DNA from: a bacterium
Lineage (GTDB): Bacteria > Patescibacteriota > Gracilibacteria > JAUYGZ01
Assembly: GCA_030690415.1 (NCBI GenBank)
Contig: JAUYGZ010000011.1
Span: 6,269 to 70,268, forward strand
DNA: 64,000 nt
Direction of reading: 5' to 3'
Shown here: positions 24,652 through 33,128 of the stretch, piece after piece
Layout of the letters: each line of letters opens with the position of its first letter
Position numbering within the stretch: position 1 is the stretch's first letter
Notes under the pieces: model-generated
What the model was told of the DNA's origin: nothing
The model's input: only the letters and a program-made list of their open reading frames with translations
Database searches by the model: none
Position numbers and translations under genes: made by a program

Positions 24652-24841
24652 TTCGACTCGTCCTCGCTACGCTCAAACTCGCTCATGGTGTTCCACCCCT
24701 CTTTAGGAGTCGAATGCCCCGAGCGAAATGAAATGGAGTCGAGGGGCCATCGTCCTTGCTTCGCAAGTTCTCGCTCGGGGTCTCCGACCATCTCACCCTA
24801 TTCAGAGAGTCGAGGGCCTTGAGCGAGTGAAACGAGTCGAA
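24652..24841 (+). other. Repeat-built, highly self-complementary element directly after the tmRNA CCA end. It could be a 3' trailer, a structured RNA, or the leader of the GIY-YIG gene
   Basis: GAGTCGA occurs at 24707, 24736, 24807 and 24834, with an inverted copy tcgactc at 24653-24659. A 10-bp stem pairs ccccgagcga (24717-24726) with tcgctcgggg (24771-24780). A closing helix pairs ttcgactcg (24652-24660) with cgagtcgaa (24833-24841), plus ctcgct (24663-24668) with agcgag (24822-24827). Confidence 0.5.
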
Positions 24842-24867
24842 AGGCATACGCTTAACTCATTAAGTAT

Positions 24868-25155
24868 ATGCCTTTCGATATTCCAAAAATAGAAAATCCC
24901 CATTTCGTATATCTAGCCCGATGTTCAGATAAGTCACTGTACGTTGGTTATTGTTCGAACATTACCAAAAGAGAAAAGGCCCACAATGAAGGGAAAGGAG
25001 CTTATTTCACTCGCAAAAGAAGACCGATAAAAATCATCTATTTCGAAAAATATTTATCGGAAATCGAAGCAATACGAAGGGAATTACAAATCAAGAAATG
25101 GTCAAGAATCAAAAAAGAAAATCTTGCAAAACATGGCCATCCAACCAAATTCTAA
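24868..25155 (+). CDS. GIY-YIG nuclease superfamily protein (small stand-alone UPF0213/YhbQ-like)
   Basis: The 95-aa ORF reads FVYLARCSDKSLYVGYCSNITKREKAHNEGKGAYFTRKRRPIKIIYFEKYLSEIEAIRRELQIKKWSR. This matches the GIY..YIG..R..H..G...T....P..L.Y.E......A...E..IK pattern. Confidence 0.8.
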   Translation: MPFDIPKIENPHFVYLARCSDKSLYVGYCSNITKREKAHNEGKGAYFTRKRRPIKIIYFEKYLSEIEAIRRELQIKKWSRIKKENLAKHGHPTKF

Positions 25156-25169
25156 CCCCCCTCTTAGCT

Positions 25170-25209
25170 GGTTCAAGGTTCGCAGGATCTCAGCAAGGTA
25201 CCTTGAACC
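25170..25209 (+). terminator. Stem-loop downstream of the GIY-YIG gene (10-bp perfect stem, no U-tract)
   Basis: ggttcaaggt (25170-25179) pairs with accttgaacc (25200-25209). No T-run follows, so its function as a terminator is uncertain. Confidence 0.3.
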
Positions 25210-25474
25210 GGTCTTGCCATTCTGTGCAAAACAACCCCAGAAAGCTCATCATGATGAAAATCAAGAGCATTTTTGGACGTTCTGAAGCCAAAAAAAACAC
25301 CATTGGCTTGCAAAAGCCAAGCTCAAACTTTCACACAAGTTGTGCACATTTCACATGCGCAGAACTCCATAAGAAACCTGAAAACCAAGTTAATTCCATA
25401 CCCCTAAACTTTTTCAACATCTTCGACTAGAATAGAATCCTCCGGATATCTTTGCTTCCCCACTTCTTCCCTCT

Positions 25475-25505
25475 CCTTATAGTCCTTATCGTCTTTATCA
25501 TCCTT
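25475..25505 (+). repeat. 9-mer repeat family, orphan YTTATNNNT arm, ending 4 nt before the redoxin start codon
   Basis: The sequence ccttatagt ccttatcgt ctttatcat cctt shares tccttatcgtctttat with the arms at 35470-35507 and 43833-43877. Confidence 0.75.
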
Positions 25506-25509
25506 CCCC

Positions 25510-26121
25510 ATGGCTCTCCTCGAATCCAAACAACTCCCCCTCAGCTCCCCTCTCATCGATTTTTCTCTCCCCGATCCGGACGGCAAACTCCATTGCCCCT
25601 CTGATTTCGCGGGCCGAAAAGTGCTCGTCATCATCTTCATGTGTAATCATTGCCCTTACATCCACGCAGTGATTGACCGACTGGTTGAGCTCCAAAACAG
25701 CTACGAGCCACAAGACGTTCAACTCATCGGAATCAATGCCAATGACTGGTCCCATTACCCGGACGACAGCCCTGAAAAAATGAAGGAATTTATTACAGAA
25801 AGAAAGATCTCCTTTCCCTACCTCTACGACGAAAAACAGGAAATTGCAAAAGCCTATCAGGCCGTCTGCACCCCTGATATATTTGTATTTGGCTCGTATT
25901 CTGAAGCTGGGGGGGCTTCTCCCCTTGTAAGGGGCCGGGGGTTGGAGGGGGGCGAAGAAAAAAGACTCGCCTACCACGGCCGCATCGACGATAACTGGAA
26001 AGAGCCGGAAAAAGTCACCAAAAAGGATCTCAAGGTAGCTATCGACTCTCTCTTGAAGGGCGAAAAACCCGCTCAAGAGCAGTACTCCAGCATGGGCTGC
26101 TCAATCAAGTGGAAGGCGTAA
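25510..26121 (+). CDS. Thioredoxin-fold thiol-disulfide oxidoreductase (AhpC/TSA-redoxin-like, CxxC) carrying an in-frame insert
   Basis: The protein reads FSLPDPDGKLH...GRKVLVIIFMCNHCPYIHAV...IGINAND....PDDSPEKMKEF......FPYLYDE.QEIAKAY.AVCTPDIFVF ... RLAYHGRIDDNW. The CNHC redox motif is present. Confidence 0.75.
   Translation: MALLESKQLPLSSPLIDFSLPDPDGKLHCPSDFAGRKVLVIIFMCNHCPYIHAVIDRLVELQNSYEPQDVQLIGINANDWSHYPDDSPEKMKEFITERKISFPYLYDEKQEIAKAYQAVCTPDIFVFGSYSEAGGASPLVRGRGLEGGEEKRLAYHGRIDDNWKEPEKVTKKDLKVAIDSLLKGEKPAQEQYSSMGCSIKWKA
25905..25955. repeat. C-run palindrome plus G-run mini-element, copy A, in frame inside the redoxin gene
   Basis: The sequence is ggggggg cttct ccccttgtaagggg (hairpin, 25921-25934) cc ggggg ttgga gggggg, translated GGASPLVRGRGLEGG. 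It sits between the conserved TPDIFVF and RLAYHGRIDD blocks. Confidence 0.6.
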
Positions 26122-26184
26122 GGCAAACGCCCCTTGACAAACGAGGAAAAGAAGCGAAAATGGTGCCTCCTAAATGGTGTCACC

Positions 26185-26907
26185 ATGGCCGCAAAACACC
26201 CGGAAGATTTCAAAAATCAAACAGGAAAGTGGGAAATCAGCAAGGGAAGTAAAAGCTCAGAAAGAATCCCCTCCTTCCAAAACTCAGCTGGGGATCCCGC
26301 GCTGAGAGCTTTTCTTGAAAAGAACCAACCACAAGGCTGGGTCAGAAGAGCCGTCAACTTCGTGTTTGGGAAGAAAGAAAAAAAAGAAACCCAGCAAAAA
26401 GGTGAAGAAGAAAAACCACCAGAAGAAGCTCCAAAGCCACTGATTGATAACTACCAAGACATCCCCGAATTAGAATTGAAGCTCTTGTACAGGAGCCTCG
26501 GGTCAGAAGCAGAGGATGAACAAAAAATGAGCGATTTTGAGTTCTATAAAGAAGCCATTCACTCAACCGAACTTGCTCTGTGTACGGCACTCATCAAAAA
26601 AAATACCGCCATCAACCCCAGGGTTGTTTTCTTTCTCCTGTGTCACCCCGCGGTAACTGTTAATTTGCACAGTGAAGCACTGCAAAAAGCCAGCTTTGAC
26701 AAACATCCCACGACAGCCATTCGTTTTTTGAGAACTGGAAAATTTCCCAACTTGTACAAGATACTGGTCATAGAAAAAACCCCCTTTGAAAACAATTTTC
26801 CCCTCGCCAACAAACTCCTGGGAGTCATCGAAAAACTTCCAGTGCAGGAGAAGGAGGTGCTACAAAAAGCGATGAGGAAAAAATTCGAAGAAAGGGAAAT
26901 AGCTTGA
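26185..26907 (+). CDS. Hypothetical protein with a Lys/Glu-rich middle
   Basis: The ORF track gives 26134-26907 from a TTG. The first ATG (MAAKHPEDF) is at 26185. I recognise no family. Confidence 0.55.
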   Translation: MAAKHPEDFKNQTGKWEISKGSKSSERIPSFQNSAGDPALRAFLEKNQPQGWVRRAVNFVFGKKEKKETQQKGEEEKPPEEAPKPLIDNYQDIPELELKLLYRSLGSEAEDEQKMSDFEFYKEAIHSTELALCTALIKKNTAINPRVVFFLLCHPAVTVNLHSEALQKASFDKHPTTAIRFLRTGKFPNLYKILVIEKTPFENNFPLANKLLGVIEKLPVQEKEVLQKAMRKKFEEREIA

Positions 26908-26987
26908 GAAATTTCTCGATAATCCACAACACCACACTTTCATGGCGTTCTTTGCTATACTCAATGAAGCACTCTCAGTCTCTGCCC

Positions 26988-27085
26988 TCTTCATTCTTCA
27001 TTCTTCATTCTTCGTTTTACATTTTACATTCCCCTCTCCCCTCTCCTATCTTCTACCCCCTACCGCCTACCACCTACCACCACCC
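26988..27085 (+). repeat. G-poor low-complexity tract of short tandem units forming the leader of the next gene
   Basis: The tract contains (ttcattc)x3, (ttttaca)x2, (cccctct)x2 and ctacccc ctaccgc ctaccac ctaccac. It ends at the ATG at 27086. Confidence 0.8.
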
Positions 27086-27742
27086 ATGCTCATCATCTAT
27101 TGCCATCCCAGCCACGAATCACACAACGGAAAAATTCTTAAAAAAGTGACCAGAACCCTCGGCTGTCACGATATTGAATTCGAAGTGCTCGATCTGTATG
27201 AAATGAACTTCGACCCCTGTTTGACGGAAGAGGAGTACGGCCAAATGGTCAACCGTAGCGAAAAAAAGATTGATCCCCAAATCAAAAAGCTCCAGGAGAA
27301 AATTGCCGGAGCAAATACCCTCATCTTCATTTACCCTACCTACTGGTACAGCATGCCCGCTCGACTAAAAGGATTTATGGACCGCATCTTCACCTCACGC
27401 TTCGCCTATCGATTTTTCCCTGTAAACCGATTCATGCTCTTTGGAGCCTGGACTCTCTCCTGGATCCCGGGAATACGATACCTACTTCAAACCCGATCAG
27501 TAATCCCACTCCTCAAAGGAAAAAAAACCCTTATTTTCCGCACCTACGGAGGCCCTGCGCTCGGGAAAAGAATCTTTGGCAACACCCAAAAAGTCCTGGA
27601 AAATAATATCCTTCGCTTTTGCGGAATAACTGACATCACCGTCCACGAGCTCTTCAATACCGACAAGAAAAATATCTATACGCAGGAGTACGAAGACTCT
27701 TATCTCAAAAAAGTCGAAAAAATCTGCAATCGGCTAAAATAA
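27086..27742 (+). CDS. Flavodoxin-like fold NAD(P)H dehydrogenase (quinone)/FMN reductase family protein
   Basis: The protein reads MLIIYCHPSHESHN...DLYEMNFDP......ANTLIFIYPTYWYSMPARLKGFMDRIFTSRFAY, a Flavodoxin_2-type signature. The 48-codon N-terminal extension in the track (26942) lies in the repeat tract. Confidence 0.75.
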   Translation: MLIIYCHPSHESHNGKILKKVTRTLGCHDIEFEVLDLYEMNFDPCLTEEEYGQMVNRSEKKIDPQIKKLQEKIAGANTLIFIYPTYWYSMPARLKGFMDRIFTSRFAYRFFPVNRFMLFGAWTLSWIPGIRYLLQTRSVIPLLKGKKTLIFRTYGGPALGKRIFGNTQKVLENNILRFCGITDITVHELFNTDKKNIYTQEYEDSYLKKVEKICNRLK

Positions 27743-27757
27743 TCTATACATCAGATC

Positions 27758-29584
27758 CTACCGAAACGATCCCAAAATATTACCGTACAAATACGATCCG
27801 ACACCATTCAGAATCCCCGCCGTCACTCCTCCGGTCCCAATCCGAATCTGCTTGGCATCAGCCGGATACAGCGTCTCGATTTTTCTTTGATCCTCCCGCC
27901 CGTCTGGCCATCGAACGGTCCAATCCCACTCGATATATCGTCCAATTCTCCCATTCCGAAGCACCTCCTCAGTCCCCGCGGGCAAATCATTCGAATACTC
28001 TTCCTGACGAGGTAAAATAACTTGTCGATTGATCGTTTGTTCAAGCTCCACGATACGACCATCGTCGATCCCATAAAATTCAAAGTAGGCTTCCTCAAGA
28101 TCAGGATCCGTATAAGAGTGGATCACAATCGGCCCTGGAGTATCATTGATAAACCTCAAATCCAAATTCTCCGGAGGGAATATAGTAGCATCGATCCCAT
28201 AACCATATTCGTGATAATATGAAACATCCAGACTATGGGGTTTCCTCTCTGTAATTTTTAATCCGGCATTGATCGCTGCCCTGTACATCGTAGTAGACAC
28301 CTGGCAAAGCCCTCCACCGGGCACCTCACGCACACCACCTCCTCCGAAGATCGCCAGCGCGGGTCTCCATCCATCTTCATAAAAAATGTAACCGAGGACC
28401 TGATTAAAGCTGAACTCTCCCCCGGGCGGAATCACTTCTCCAGCAAAGAGCCCTAATCCCTTTTTGACATTAAAAATTCTATCGACGTAATTCCCCATCT
28501 TGTAGCTGGACTTCCCCTGAGAGAGGAGGGTCAGCTCACCAACTCCATCCATAATCATATGGGGACTCAGCAATTCATTTTCCAGAATTATTTCCGTTTC
28601 TTCCGTGTCACCGAAAAGAGCGGTAAGAATGTCTTGAACCAGTCGATCCTGATTGAGCTTTCTTCCAACAGAAAGATCTCCTTCCATTTCTGACTTCAGA
28701 AATCCTTTTCCCTGCATGACCGGTTCGCGAACATGAGCAGAGCCGGCTTTTTTGTCATAAGTAAGAGCCCATTGAGCGACCCAGTCTCGCACAACTCCTT
28801 CCGCCACATCGAGCTGCTGTTGCTCTGAATTGACGGAGAATAACCAGGGAACATCAAACAGGGGAAAATCTACTCGCTCACCATCAGCCATCCAAAAAAG
28901 AGACTTATACAAAACCTCCTGGAGATCCTTTTCGTAAATATCATCCAAATCCTCCGAATAAACCTGGGGCTCAACGGCGCTAAGGTGCACCACGATTTCT
29001 CTTTGCTGATACCCATCGATCACCACATCACGAAGGCTTTGAAGAAGCCGATCGGCCTCTATCTTGTCCAGACGATATCCCATCTGATGCGACTGGAGCT
29101 TCCACTGCATGGTTTCTTCACTCAGATAGATCTGAGCATTATAGACCGGTCTCTCATAAGATCGGACCAAATCCAAAACAGAAGACAGCAGGTCTTCATC
29201 CACCGTCCTTTGAGGAGGCAGCCCCTCTCGCCCTTCGGCTAAAGCGACTCCATGAAGAGTCGGAGAAAGGGAAGGATGCTGAACCATAAGCTGATCAACC
29301 GTCGTCCCCACATCAAACACAATCCCAAACTCATTCGGCAAAAGCGTCTCAGCCCCTGCTTTCTGATCACCCAGGTAGACCTGCAGATCTACGCTCTGTT
29401 CTTCCAGGGTATTAACAGTTCGTCCCACAAGAGACCATACCTCCTCGCGCGTCAGCCCAGAGACATCAGTCCCCATAAAAGAAGTCCCCTCTGGGACTAC
29501 AGTAAAGAACCTTTGATAAGCATCAAATCCCATATGTGCGATCATCAAGAAGGATAAACCCAACAAAAGCACACGTTTTCCCAT
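27758..29584 (-). CDS. VanW family protein with a C-terminal G5-like domain
   Basis: The protein reads GGEFSFNQVLG...GGGLCQVSTTMYRAAINAGLKITERKPHSLDVSYY...GIDATI. The N-terminal signal-anchor is MGKRVLLLGLSFLMIA. The ATG at 29584 is preferred over the GTG at 29605. Confidence 0.8.
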   Translation of the reverse strand: MGKRVLLLGLSFLMIAHMGFDAYQRFFTVVPEGTSFMGTDVSGLTREEVWSLVGRTVNTLEEQSVDLQVYLGDQKAGAETLLPNEFGIVFDVGTTVDQLMVQHPSLSPTLHGVALAEGREGLPPQRTVDEDLLSSVLDLVRSYERPVYNAQIYLSEETMQWKLQSHQMGYRLDKIEADRLLQSLRDVVIDGYQQREIVVHLSAVEPQVYSEDLDDIYEKDLQEVLYKSLFWMADGERVDFPLFDVPWLFSVNSEQQQLDVAEGVVRDWVAQWALTYDKKAGSAHVREPVMQGKGFLKSEMEGDLSVGRKLNQDRLVQDILTALFGDTEETEIILENELLSPHMIMDGVGELTLLSQGKSSYKMGNYVDRIFNVKKGLGLFAGEVIPPGGEFSFNQVLGYIFYEDGWRPALAIFGGGGVREVPGGGLCQVSTTMYRAAINAGLKITERKPHSLDVSYYHEYGYGIDATIFPPENLDLRFINDTPGPIVIHSYTDPDLEEAYFEFYGIDDGRIVELEQTINRQVILPRQEEYSNDLPAGTEEVLRNGRIGRYIEWDWTVRWPDGREDQRKIETLYPADAKQIRIGTGGVTAGILNGVGSYLYGNILGSFR

Positions 29585-29747
29585 AGTTTTATTTTTATTT
29601 TTCACTTCACACCATTATCGCACAAAAAATATCGAAAGTCAAAGCGAGCTTGACCGATAATTCAGAACACCATAGACTCTCTCTGCTTGCCTGTAGGCGA
29701 GTTTCTCTACTCCTACAACCGACAACCTACTTCCTAATCCCTCCTCC

Positions 29748-31829
29748 ATGTCCGACCTCTCGAAAGTCCGTAATATTGGTATCATTGCCCACATCGATGC
29801 CGGAAAAACAACCACCACAGAGCGTGTTTTGCTCTATACCGGGGTCACTCATAAAATCGGTGAAGTCCATGCAGGTGAGGCCACCATGGACTGGATGGAG
29901 CAGGAAAGAGAGCGAGGAATTACCATCACTTCAGCTGCCACGACGTGCTTCTGGAAAGAAATTCAGATCAATATCATTGATACACCTGGCCACGTTGACT
30001 TTACGGCAGAGGTAGAACGCTCCCTCCGTGTACTGGACGGAGGAGTCACGGTGTTTGACGGATCACAAGGGGTGGAGCCACAATCAGAGACGGTGTGGAG
30101 ACAAGCCGACAAGTACAACGTCCCCCGAATCTGCTTCGCCAACAAAATGGACAAGACCGGAGGAGACTTCTATATGACTCTGAAATCCATTCACGACCGA
30201 TTGAGCCTCAATTGTGCTCCTATTCAGCTCCCCATCGGATCGGAAGCCGATTTCAGCGGAGTCATCGACCTCGTCGAGATGAAAGCCTACTCCTTCTCCG
30301 CCGACGAACTGGGGCGAAAAATGGACGAAATCCCAATTCCGGAAGACATGAAGGAGAAGGCAAAACAATACCGGGAAGGCCTCATCGAAAAAGTCGCGGA
30401 ATTTGACGAGAGCATTATGGAAAAATACCTCGATGGCCAGGAAGTCTCCATAGATGAGCTTAAAAAAGGAATCCGAACAGCTGTTATCACAGCTCAATTT
30501 TACCCACTCCTCTGCGGATCATCACTAAAAAACAAAGGCGTGCTCCTGATGCTGGATGCTATCGTAGACTACCTCCCATCTCCCCTCGATGTCGATAATG
30601 GTCAGATCAAGGGATACGACATCAAAGATGCAACAAAAGAAATGGTTCGACAAGCAGACATCAATGAGCCGACCTCCGCACTCGCCTTTAAGATCATGTC
30701 CGACCCCTTCGTGGGACGACTCACCTTCGTCCGCGTCTACTCAGGAGCCCTGAAGAGCGGAAGCTATGTCTACAACACGAACTCCCGAAGTAAAGAGCGT
30801 ATCGGGCGACTTCTTCAAATGCACGCCAATGACCGAAAAGAAATCACTGAAATCCCCGCGGGAAATATTGGAGCGGTCGTAGGGCTGAAGGACACCCTGA
30901 CAGGTGACACCCTCTGCGATGAAAAATCCCCTATAGTCCTTGAACACATCACTTTCCCAGAGCCCGTCATCCGCATTGCCATCGAACCGAAAACAAAAGC
31001 AGACCAGGAAAAAATGGGAGTCGCTCTCTCCAAGCTCGCCGAAGAAGACCCTACCTTCCAGGTCAAAACCGACGAAGAAACCAACCAGACCATCATTGCC
31101 GGAATGGGAGAGCTGCATTTGGATATCATCGTCGATCGTATGCGACGAGAGTTCAAAGTAGAATGCAATGTCGGGGAACCTCAGGTTGCCTACAGGGAAA
31201 CCATACAGGAAACCGTTGAAACCGAACACAAGTACGTCAAACAAACAGGGGGTCGTGGACAATATGGCCACGTCGTCATGAAGATGGAACCCCGTGAGCC
31301 AGGAGAAGGATATGAATTTGTCGACAAAGTGGTCGGAGGCCGTATCCCCAGAGAATACATCCCTGGTGTCCAGAAAGGACTCCTGGAAGCCCTCAACAAA
31401 GGAGTCATCGCCGGATATCCGGTGGTTGATATCACAGTGAGCCTCCTGGATGGATCCTACCACGAAGTTGATTCCTCAGAGCTCGCCTTCAAAATGGCTG
31501 CTTCTATTGCCTTCAAAGACGGTATGCGTGCGGCAAAGCCCGTACTGCTCGAGCCGGTGATGAAGGTGGAGGTCGTTACTCCGGAAGAGTACATGGGAGA
31601 CATTATGGGAAATTTGAACGGCCGCCGGGGGCAGATCCAGCACATGGGCGATCGGGGCATGGCGAAAACAATCGATGCCATGGTCCCCCTCTCCGAGCTC
31701 TTCGGATACGCCACCGATATCCGCTCCATGTCCCAGGGCAGAGCCAGCTACTCGATGGAGTTTGCCCACTATGCGAAGGTGCCAACAAACGTGGCAGAGA
31801 AGATTAAGGAAAAGAGAGGGGTGGCGTAA
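29748..31829 (+). CDS. fusA: Translation elongation factor G
   Basis: The protein begins [32 protein letters not shown]....[27 protein letters not shown]. It is 693 aa, which is full length. Confidence 0.97.
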   Translation: MSDLSKVRNIGIIAHIDAGKTTTTERVLLYTGVTHKIGEVHAGEATMDWMEQERERGITITSAATTCFWKEIQINIIDTPGHVDFTAEVERSLRVLDGGVTVFDGSQGVEPQSETVWRQADKYNVPRICFANKMDKTGGDFYMTLKSIHDRLSLNCAPIQLPIGSEADFSGVIDLVEMKAYSFSADELGRKMDEIPIPEDMKEKAKQYREGLIEKVAEFDESIMEKYLDGQEVSIDELKKGIRTAVITAQFYPLLCGSSLKNKGVLLMLDAIVDYLPSPLDVDNGQIKGYDIKDATKEMVRQADINEPTSALAFKIMSDPFVGRLTFVRVYSGALKSGSYVYNTNSRSKERIGRLLQMHANDRKEITEIPAGNIGAVVGLKDTLTGDTLCDEKSPIVLEHITFPEPVIRIAIEPKTKADQEKMGVALSKLAEEDPTFQVKTDEETNQTIIAGMGELHLDIIVDRMRREFKVECNVGEPQVAYRETIQETVETEHKYVKQTGGRGQYGHVVMKMEPREPGEGYEFVDKVVGGRIPREYIPGVQKGLLEALNKGVIAGYPVVDITVSLLDGSYHEVDSSELAFKMAASIAFKDGMRAAKPVLLEPVMKVEVVTPEEYMGDIMGNLNGRRGQIQHMGDRGMAKTIDAMVPLSELFGYATDIRSMSQGRASYSMEFAHYAKVPTNVAEKIKEKRGVA

Positions 31830-31849
31830 TTTCATGTCGCCAATACACC

Positions 31850-31880
31850 AAAAAGCCTGTCAGAATCTGACAGGCTTTTT
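31850..31880. terminator. Bidirectional rho-independent terminator between convergent fusA and the 273-aa gene
   Basis: The sequence is aaaa agcctgtcag aat ctgacaggct tttt. The 10-bp perfect stem spans 31854-31863 and 31867-31876, flanked by an A-run and a T-run. Confidence 0.85.
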
Positions 31881-31893
31881 GGCAATCATCCAA

Positions 31894-32715
31894 TCATGTC
31901 TTCCGCCAACTATCAGCATCTTCATCTTCATCTTCTTCATCTCCAGCCTCTTCAGCCCCATCTGAAAAAGCACTGATGGCATCATTCAAAGGATCATCAT
32001 GATCAAGTTCACGATAAAATTCACCATCATCAGGAATAGGCTCAGCAGGTTGCTTCTCTCGACCATCATCTGCGGCAAAAGCCTCCATTGCGTTATCCAA
32101 CACTTCCGGATTGTCCAAAAGCCCAAATGACATTTCAAACATGGCCTTTTCAACTCTTCCCGGATCACAATCTCCAGAGTAAGCGGGATCCGAGTTTCGC
32201 CACTCTAAAACGACTTCCATCAATAGCTTGAGGGTAGAAAGATTCAGAACAGCTCCAGGCTCCCCATTGTCTTCTACAAGAATTCCATTTTCCCAAAGGC
32301 TATCAAAATGCTCAGCAGTAAAACAATAGTAACCGGGTGTCTGTCTCTCTGCCTTCGTCTTGCTAAGATCCTTTTTCAACACTTGTAGAGCTTCCTTCCG
32401 GGCATCCTCCCCATCCAGCCAATCGATCAACATATCGAGAACATCTGCCAGTGGCTCACTTTTTTCAAATCTCAACTTTTCCAGAACAGGAGCAAAAAAA
32501 GCGAGTTGCTGAACATGGTTCTCTTTCTGTTCTTCATCGTACAGAGCAGCCAGGACCAGACGAACTTGCGCTATTTTCTCAACAAAACGTGAAAACTCCA
32601 TACCGGCCAATGCCGCAATGGCCGCATACTGAGAAGAAACTAGTACCTCCTCATCAGCTCCACCTTCCAACGATGCATATGCAGAATAAATATCAATTTT
32701 ATCAGAATACGCCAT
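31894..32715 (-). CDS. Hypothetical acidic protein with a D/E-rich C-terminus
   Basis: The 273-aa ORF is intact. I recognise no family. It is convergent with fusA. Confidence 0.6.
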   Translation of the reverse strand: MAYSDKIDIYSAYASLEGGADEEVLVSSQYAAIAALAGMEFSRFVEKIAQVRLVLAALYDEEQKENHVQQLAFFAPVLEKLRFEKSEPLADVLDMLIDWLDGEDARKEALQVLKKDLSKTKAERQTPGYYCFTAEHFDSLWENGILVEDNGEPGAVLNLSTLKLLMEVVLEWRNSDPAYSGDCDPGRVEKAMFEMSFGLLDNPEVLDNAMEAFAADDGREKQPAEPIPDDGEFYRELDHDDPLNDAISAFSDGAEEAGDEEDEDEDADSWRKT

Positions 32716-32805
32716 ATTTCTCCTTATGATTAAAGTGCGCGCATTATAAAGCCATTCGCGATAAAAGCAAGCAAAAAGACAACATAATGTGAAAAATGAC
32801 GTATG

Positions 32806-32834
32806 TTGACAAATGCTATGTAATAGTTTACAAT
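32806..32834 (+). promoter_or_regulatory. Near-consensus sigma70-type promoter (TTGACA-17-TACAAT)
   Basis: TTGACA lies at 32806-32811, followed by a 17-nt spacer and TACAAT at 32829-32834. This is 31 nt upstream of the ATG at 32865. Confidence 0.65.
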
Positions 32835-32864
32835 ACTTCGAATTATTATTTCTTATGTCTTCAC

Positions 32865-33053
32865 ATGGCTAAAGCGGATCCAAGGATAAACCTCCAAATC
32901 CTCGAAAACCTGACAAAAAAGGCCGAAAAGCAAAAATTCACCTCTTCAGAAGATGACGAGGAAAATGAGGATCATTTCCTCAGAGCAGAAAAAAGACAGG
33001 TGAAAATGAGAATAGACCGCCTGGAGGGTCCCAACAAAGCAAGATTAGAGTAG
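32865..33053 (+). CDS. Small charged hypothetical protein (62 aa)
   Basis: The ORF reads MAKADPRINLQILENLTKKAEKQKF...RLEGPNKARLE and is preceded by the strong promoter. The track's 32796 start would lie upstream of that promoter. Confidence 0.45.
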   Translation: MAKADPRINLQILENLTKKAEKQKFTSSEDDEENEDHFLRAEKRQVKMRIDRLEGPNKARLE

Positions 33054-33128
33054 ATCCTTGTTGACCTTCCTCTTCGAGTCTGAGCTGACCAGAACCATCT
33101 AAGCCTTACCTGGGCTCGTAAGATCGCC

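Noticed and set aside
24203-24822. Track ORFs 24203-24412, 24547-24822 (+) and 24591-24791 (-).
   Set aside because: They fall inside tmRNA or the repeat element after it. Only the tmRNA tag frame, which ends at 24412, is meaningful.
24652-25155. The structured RNA plus GIY-YIG ORF, considered as a group I intron with a homing endonuclease.
   Set aside because: tmRNA is complete with CCA upstream of the element. I see no recognisable P3-P7 core. The 95-aa protein is the stand-alone UPF0213/YhbQ type, which lacks a DNA-binding extension.
25498-26076. A 192-aa minus ORF, together with similar long antisense ORFs in fusA (30741-31463), dnaK (52337-52924) and thrA.
   Set aside because: They are antisense to confidently identified genes and have no motifs of their own.
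26942-27085. A 48-codon N-terminal extension of the flavodoxin-like gene.
   Set aside because: It is encoded by the heptamer low-complexity tract. The conserved family N-terminus (MLIIYCHPS) begins at 27086.
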